Below, piece after piece: positions 60,838 through 64,000 of a stretch of DNA of 64,000 nucleotides. Each line of letters starts with the position of its first letter. Within the stretch, counting starts at the first letter, position 1. Both the position numbers and the translations under genes were made by a program. Source of the stretch: Candidatus Heimdallarchaeota archaeon (GTDB taxonomy: Archaea > Asgardarchaeota > Heimdallarchaeia > Hodarchaeales > Hodarchaeaceae); the NCBI GenBank assembly GCA_011364965.1, contig RDOB01000002.1:480001-544000 (forward strand), in the 5' to 3' direction. The notes beneath the pieces are model-generated. The model was not told where the DNA came from. It was given only the letters and a program-made list of their open reading frames with translations, and did no database searches.

Positions 60838-61383
60838 TTGGCAATGGAGTTCAAATTTGAAGAAAGGACAATAGCACTCGTGAAGGGTGATATTACCAAA
60901 CAAGAAGTTGATATAATAGTTAATGCTGCCAATCCTTCATTAAGAGGAGGTGGAGGAGTCGATGGAGCAATTCATCGAGCAGGAGGGGAGGTGATTTTAC
61001 AAGAATGTATTCAAAAGTATCCTCATGGATGTAAAACGGGCGAGGCTAGAATTACAACTGCAGGAAAAATGGCTGCAAAGTGGGTTATTCATACTCCTGG
61101 GCCAGTCTGGAAAGGAGGACACGTAGGAGAGGTTTCGTTATTAGAAAGTTCTTATCGTAACTCTATCTCATTAGCTAATGAGTATAAAGCTGATTCTATT
61201 GCTTTTCCCTCAATTTCAACAGGAGTATATGGTTTTCCAATACATCTAGCAGCAAAAATTGCTATAAAAACAGTTTTATCTATGTTTTCTCGGACTACTC
61301 TTTCTCGGGTCCATTTTGTTCTATTTAGCGAGAAAGATTTTCAAATATATTTCAAGGAGCTCAAGAATTTCATAATAAACTAG
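60838..61383 (+). CDS. ymdB: Macro-domain O-acetyl-ADP-ribose deacetylase/ADP-ribosylhydrolase
   Basis: GDIT, VNAAN, GGGGVDGAIHRAGG, HTPGP, FPSISTGVYGFP. Confidence 0.9.
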   Translation: MAMEFKFEERTIALVKGDITKQEVDIIVNAANPSLRGGGGVDGAIHRAGGEVILQECIQKYPHGCKTGEARITTAGKMAAKWVIHTPGPVWKGGHVGEVSLLESSYRNSISLANEYKADSIAFPSISTGVYGFPIHLAAKIAIKTVLSMFSRTTLSRVHFVLFSEKDFQIYFKELKNFIIN

Positions 61384-61409
61384 TATACGTTGAAAAGAAA
61401 AAGAAGGTT

Positions 61410-62642
61410 TTACTCTTGGGAGTAATTTTTGGCCATCTCAGCTCGTGAAATTACGATTCGTTGAACTTCATTTGTGCCTTCATATATGGGTGTAATCCTG
61501 GCATCTCGATAATGACGTTCCACATCGTACTCTCTAATGTATCCATAGCCACCATGCATTTGTATTGCTTCATATGTTACTTCTTGAGCAATTTCTGATG
61601 CATAAAGTTTGGCGATGCTGGCATATTCCGCAAAATCCATTTTCTTATCTTTCATTCTGGCAGCTGCAATATATGCGAGTCTTGCAGTATGAATTTTGGT
61701 AAAGAGGTCAGCCATTTTAAATTGGGTAACTTGGAAGCTTTCTATGGTTTTCCCGAATTGCTTTCGTGTCTTTACATAGTTTACTGCTTTTCTGTAAGCA
61801 GCATCTGCAATTCCCACACTTTGAGCTGCAATTCCTATTCTTGCAGCAGACAGCTCATATAATACCACACTGAATCCTTTGCCAATTTCTCCAAGAACAT
61901 TACTTTTAGGTATAACTGCATCTTCTAAAATGACTTCTCCTGTCGCATTAGAATGTAAGCCCAATTTTTCCTCGAGTCTAGAAATTTTAAAACCTGGATT
62001 ATCTTTACTGTCTAGAATAAATGCAGTTAGACCTCTAGAACCTTTTTCAGGATCAGTTGATGCTAGAAAGAGAAAGGTATCTGCAATTCCAGAGTTAGTA
62101 ATAAAATTTTTACTTCCATTTATTATATAATGGTCACCGTGATCAACTGCTTTTGTTTTTAAAGAACCTAGATCCGAGCCTGATCCTGGCTCTGTAAAAA
62201 GCAATCCTCCAATTTTTTCACCATGAGCAAGCTTTGGTAGGTAATATTCTTTAGCTTCCTCTTTTCCAAAAGCTTCTATAACATCACTTGAAGAATTTTG
62301 TAATCCAAAGAGTAGAGACGTTCCTGCATCAGCTCGTGAAATTCGTTCATAACACGCATTTACTAGAGAAAAGCTCAATCCTATCCCATCATACTTCTCC
62401 GGTATCGCTAATCCCATTAAATCATTTTCACAAAGTAATTTTAGTATTTTGTATGTCTGAGGTGGATAAGCTACTTTTCCTGTTTCTACATCAAAAGAAC
62501 ATCCTATTTCATCCATTTCCTGGGCATACGGTTCAATATCCTTTTTACAAATCTCATCGAGAAGCTCTAGTATCATTTCATTCTGTTCTTGTTCGTCTTT
62601 ATCAAATCCATGCGTTCCAAATACTTGTAACAAATCTTTCAT
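61410..62642 (-). CDS. Acyl-CoA dehydrogenase
   Basis: TEPGSGSD, GSKNFITN, RKQFG, HGGYGY, IYEGTNEVQ. Confidence 0.95.
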   Translation of the reverse strand: MKDLLQVFGTHGFDKDEQEQNEMILELLDEICKKDIEPYAQEMDEIGCSFDVETGKVAYPPQTYKILKLLCENDLMGLAIPEKYDGIGLSFSLVNACYERISRADAGTSLLFGLQNSSSDVIEAFGKEEAKEYYLPKLAHGEKIGGLLFTEPGSGSDLGSLKTKAVDHGDHYIINGSKNFITNSGIADTFLFLASTDPEKGSRGLTAFILDSKDNPGFKISRLEEKLGLHSNATGEVILEDAVIPKSNVLGEIGKGFSVVLYELSAARIGIAAQSVGIADAAYRKAVNYVKTRKQFGKTIESFQVTQFKMADLFTKIHTARLAYIAAARMKDKKMDFAEYASIAKLYASEIAQEVTYEAIQMHGGYGYIREYDVERHYRDARITPIYEGTNEVQRIVISRAEMAKNYSQE

Positions 62643-62804
62643 TTAATCCAATCCTTCTAAATCTCAAAAATTGGTTTTTTTATCCTTCAAATTTTCAAAT
62701 GAGTGTACCTAGCAGGATATTCCCTACTAGCTTACCGAATGCAAAATTACTTACTAAAAAATAAAAAAATTCTGGCAGAATATTGGTTAAGATGTAGCTA
62801 TTAT

Positions 62805-63083
62805 CTATTTTTTACTATCAAATTCACTAAAGGTTGTGAAGATTGTCGATAATTTTTTGCTGTAACCTTTCGAGATGTTGAATTTTTGCCTTACTTTCCA
62901 TATTCCCTCTTTATTTTTTTGCCAACCATAGAGTCTTAATTGGTGTTTATTTCCAGTTTCTACCAATACAATAGCTTTAAGCCAAGAAGATGTTTTTGCT
63001 AATCTTTTCCCAGCGAGTACTTTTATTGTTTTACTTACAGGAAATTCTACTGTATCATCATTCAATAATTCCATTAAACCCAT
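62805..63083 (-). CDS. Small basic hypothetical protein (possible PC4/PUR-like ssDNA-binding fold)
   Basis: 92 aa; beta-strand-rich LRLYGW..WK..KFNI followed by a helix. Confidence 0.55.
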   Translation of the reverse strand: MGLMELLNDDTVEFPVSKTIKVLAGKRLAKTSSWLKAIVLVETGNKHQLRLYGWQKNKEGIWKVRQKFNISKGYSKKLSTIFTTFSEFDSKK

Positions 63084-63292
63084 AATTTTTCACTCATTTG
63101 ATTTACTTCGCAGAAAATTGAATCTGCCTTTTTTGATAGATTCATGTCTTAAAAAAACCTTTCGGTTATTTTAGAAAGTACTGGCTTTTTTATTTAGGTT
63201 AAATTATTTTCTATAGTTTCAATTAATATATAAAAGCATCTCGTTGAAGTTAGGAAGATTTATAGTTTCCATTTAACCATAAAATCATTAAA

Positions 63293-64000
63293 TTATTTAA
63301 ATAAAAGTTTGGATGTTCTTTTTTCTTCTAAAAATGTTTCTTTTACTAATTTAATAATCTCTTCGTTTTCCGAAAAATCCATTTGAAATTTACTTTCACC
63401 AATTGTATAATCAGGGAATTTTTCTGTTAATTGAAGAAGTTTCAATCTTAAGCTCACTGTAACATGCTCATCACATACTATCGCAAAAATTAGTGGATCA
63501 CGGTGCCCTACTAGAACAATAGAATCACGATAATGTATCTCATCTAGCTCTTTTAATGATAATGAACGAGACATTGTATTCATTGCAGAAATAAGACCGG
63601 AGAGTAATAAACGGTCAATTTTAAAAGACTCATCAAAATAATAAACAAAAACAGGAAGAGAAGATTCTGAATCTAATACAATAAGGGATAGTAGTCTAGT
63701 TTCGCGGTCTTCAATTGTCCATCGTGATCTATGAGGTAGTAAATTTGTAAGGAAATCTATAGATTCTAGAGCTATTGATTTTAAATTCGGAACTTCAGCT
63801 AAATTTAATTTTAATAACCGTATGTTTTCTTCGGAGAAAAATTCCAAATCTTTGCTCTGTTGGGCGTCATTTACTAATTTATTTGCCTCTGTCAATTGAT
63901 TTGTAAAAGATTTTGTGATAGCGAGTGTAACTTTAGAAATATATGACCATCCAACTACTTCTTGGCCTTCAACCAGTACTCTGAGTTCATCTGCAGTAAT
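63293..64000 (-). CDS. 5'-truncated protein with C-terminal longin/roadblock-like domain
   Basis: Frame open from the window end through the track start 63895; SLIVLD..SLPVF...LLSGLISAMNTMS...IFAIVCD pattern typical of Asgard longin-like domains. Confidence 0.7.
   Translation of the reverse strand: MTADELRVLVEGQEVVGWSYISKVTLAITKSFTNQLTEANKLVNDAQQSKDLEFFSEENIRLLKLNLAEVPNLKSIALESIDFLTNLLPHRSRWTIEDRETRLLSLIVLDSESSLPVFVYYFDESFKIDRLLLSGLISAMNTMSRSLSLKELDEIHYRDSIVLVGHRDPLIFAIVCDEHVTVSLRLKLLQLTEKFPDYTIGESKFQMDFSENEEIIKLVKETFLEEKRTSKLLFK

Noticed and set aside
62288-62764. 158-aa plus-strand ORF
   Set aside because: Antisense to the acyl-CoA dehydrogenase; no protein-like motif
1-64000. tRNA, rRNA, CRISPR arrays, transposases, integrases, defence systems
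   Set aside because: No cloverleaf, regularly spaced repeats or matching protein motifs were seen by eye; tRNAscan-SE and Infernal would be needed to exclude small RNAs

Overview
AT-rich, gene-dense archaeal DNA, most likely from an Asgard archaeon (Heimdallarchaeia/Hodarchaeales-like). This taxonomy is an inference from a tailed histone, a longin-like/Arf-GTPase fusion, a C-terminal longin-domain protein, a solenoid-RING protein and a PGF-CTERM protein. The first 18.7 kb appears to be one co-regulated, uncharacterised glycan or glycopeptide uptake and degradation locus. It contains two paralogous DSWYF-motif (alpha/alpha)-barrel proteins (one cytoplasmic and missed by the ORF track, one surface-anchored) and two divergent OPT-superfamily transporters. 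These transporters flank a ~1476-aa protein made of a catalytically degenerate M28/PA domain fused to an FtsX-like permease; it has no adjacent ATPase and is frameshifted at a T10 run. The locus also has two paralogous Trp-rich surface proteins, a GH130 phosphorylase and a small wHTH protein. All four promoter-bearing intergenic regions of the locus carry the same ACCCATAT(-N5-ATATGGGT) element. The rest of the window is mixed metabolism (acyl-CoA dehydrogenases, acyl-CoA ligase, hydrolases, ribokinase, threonine aldolase, Nudix, pirin, Grx/FTR), signalling and eukaryote-signature-like genes. No tRNA, rRNA, CRISPR array or intact mobile element was seen.
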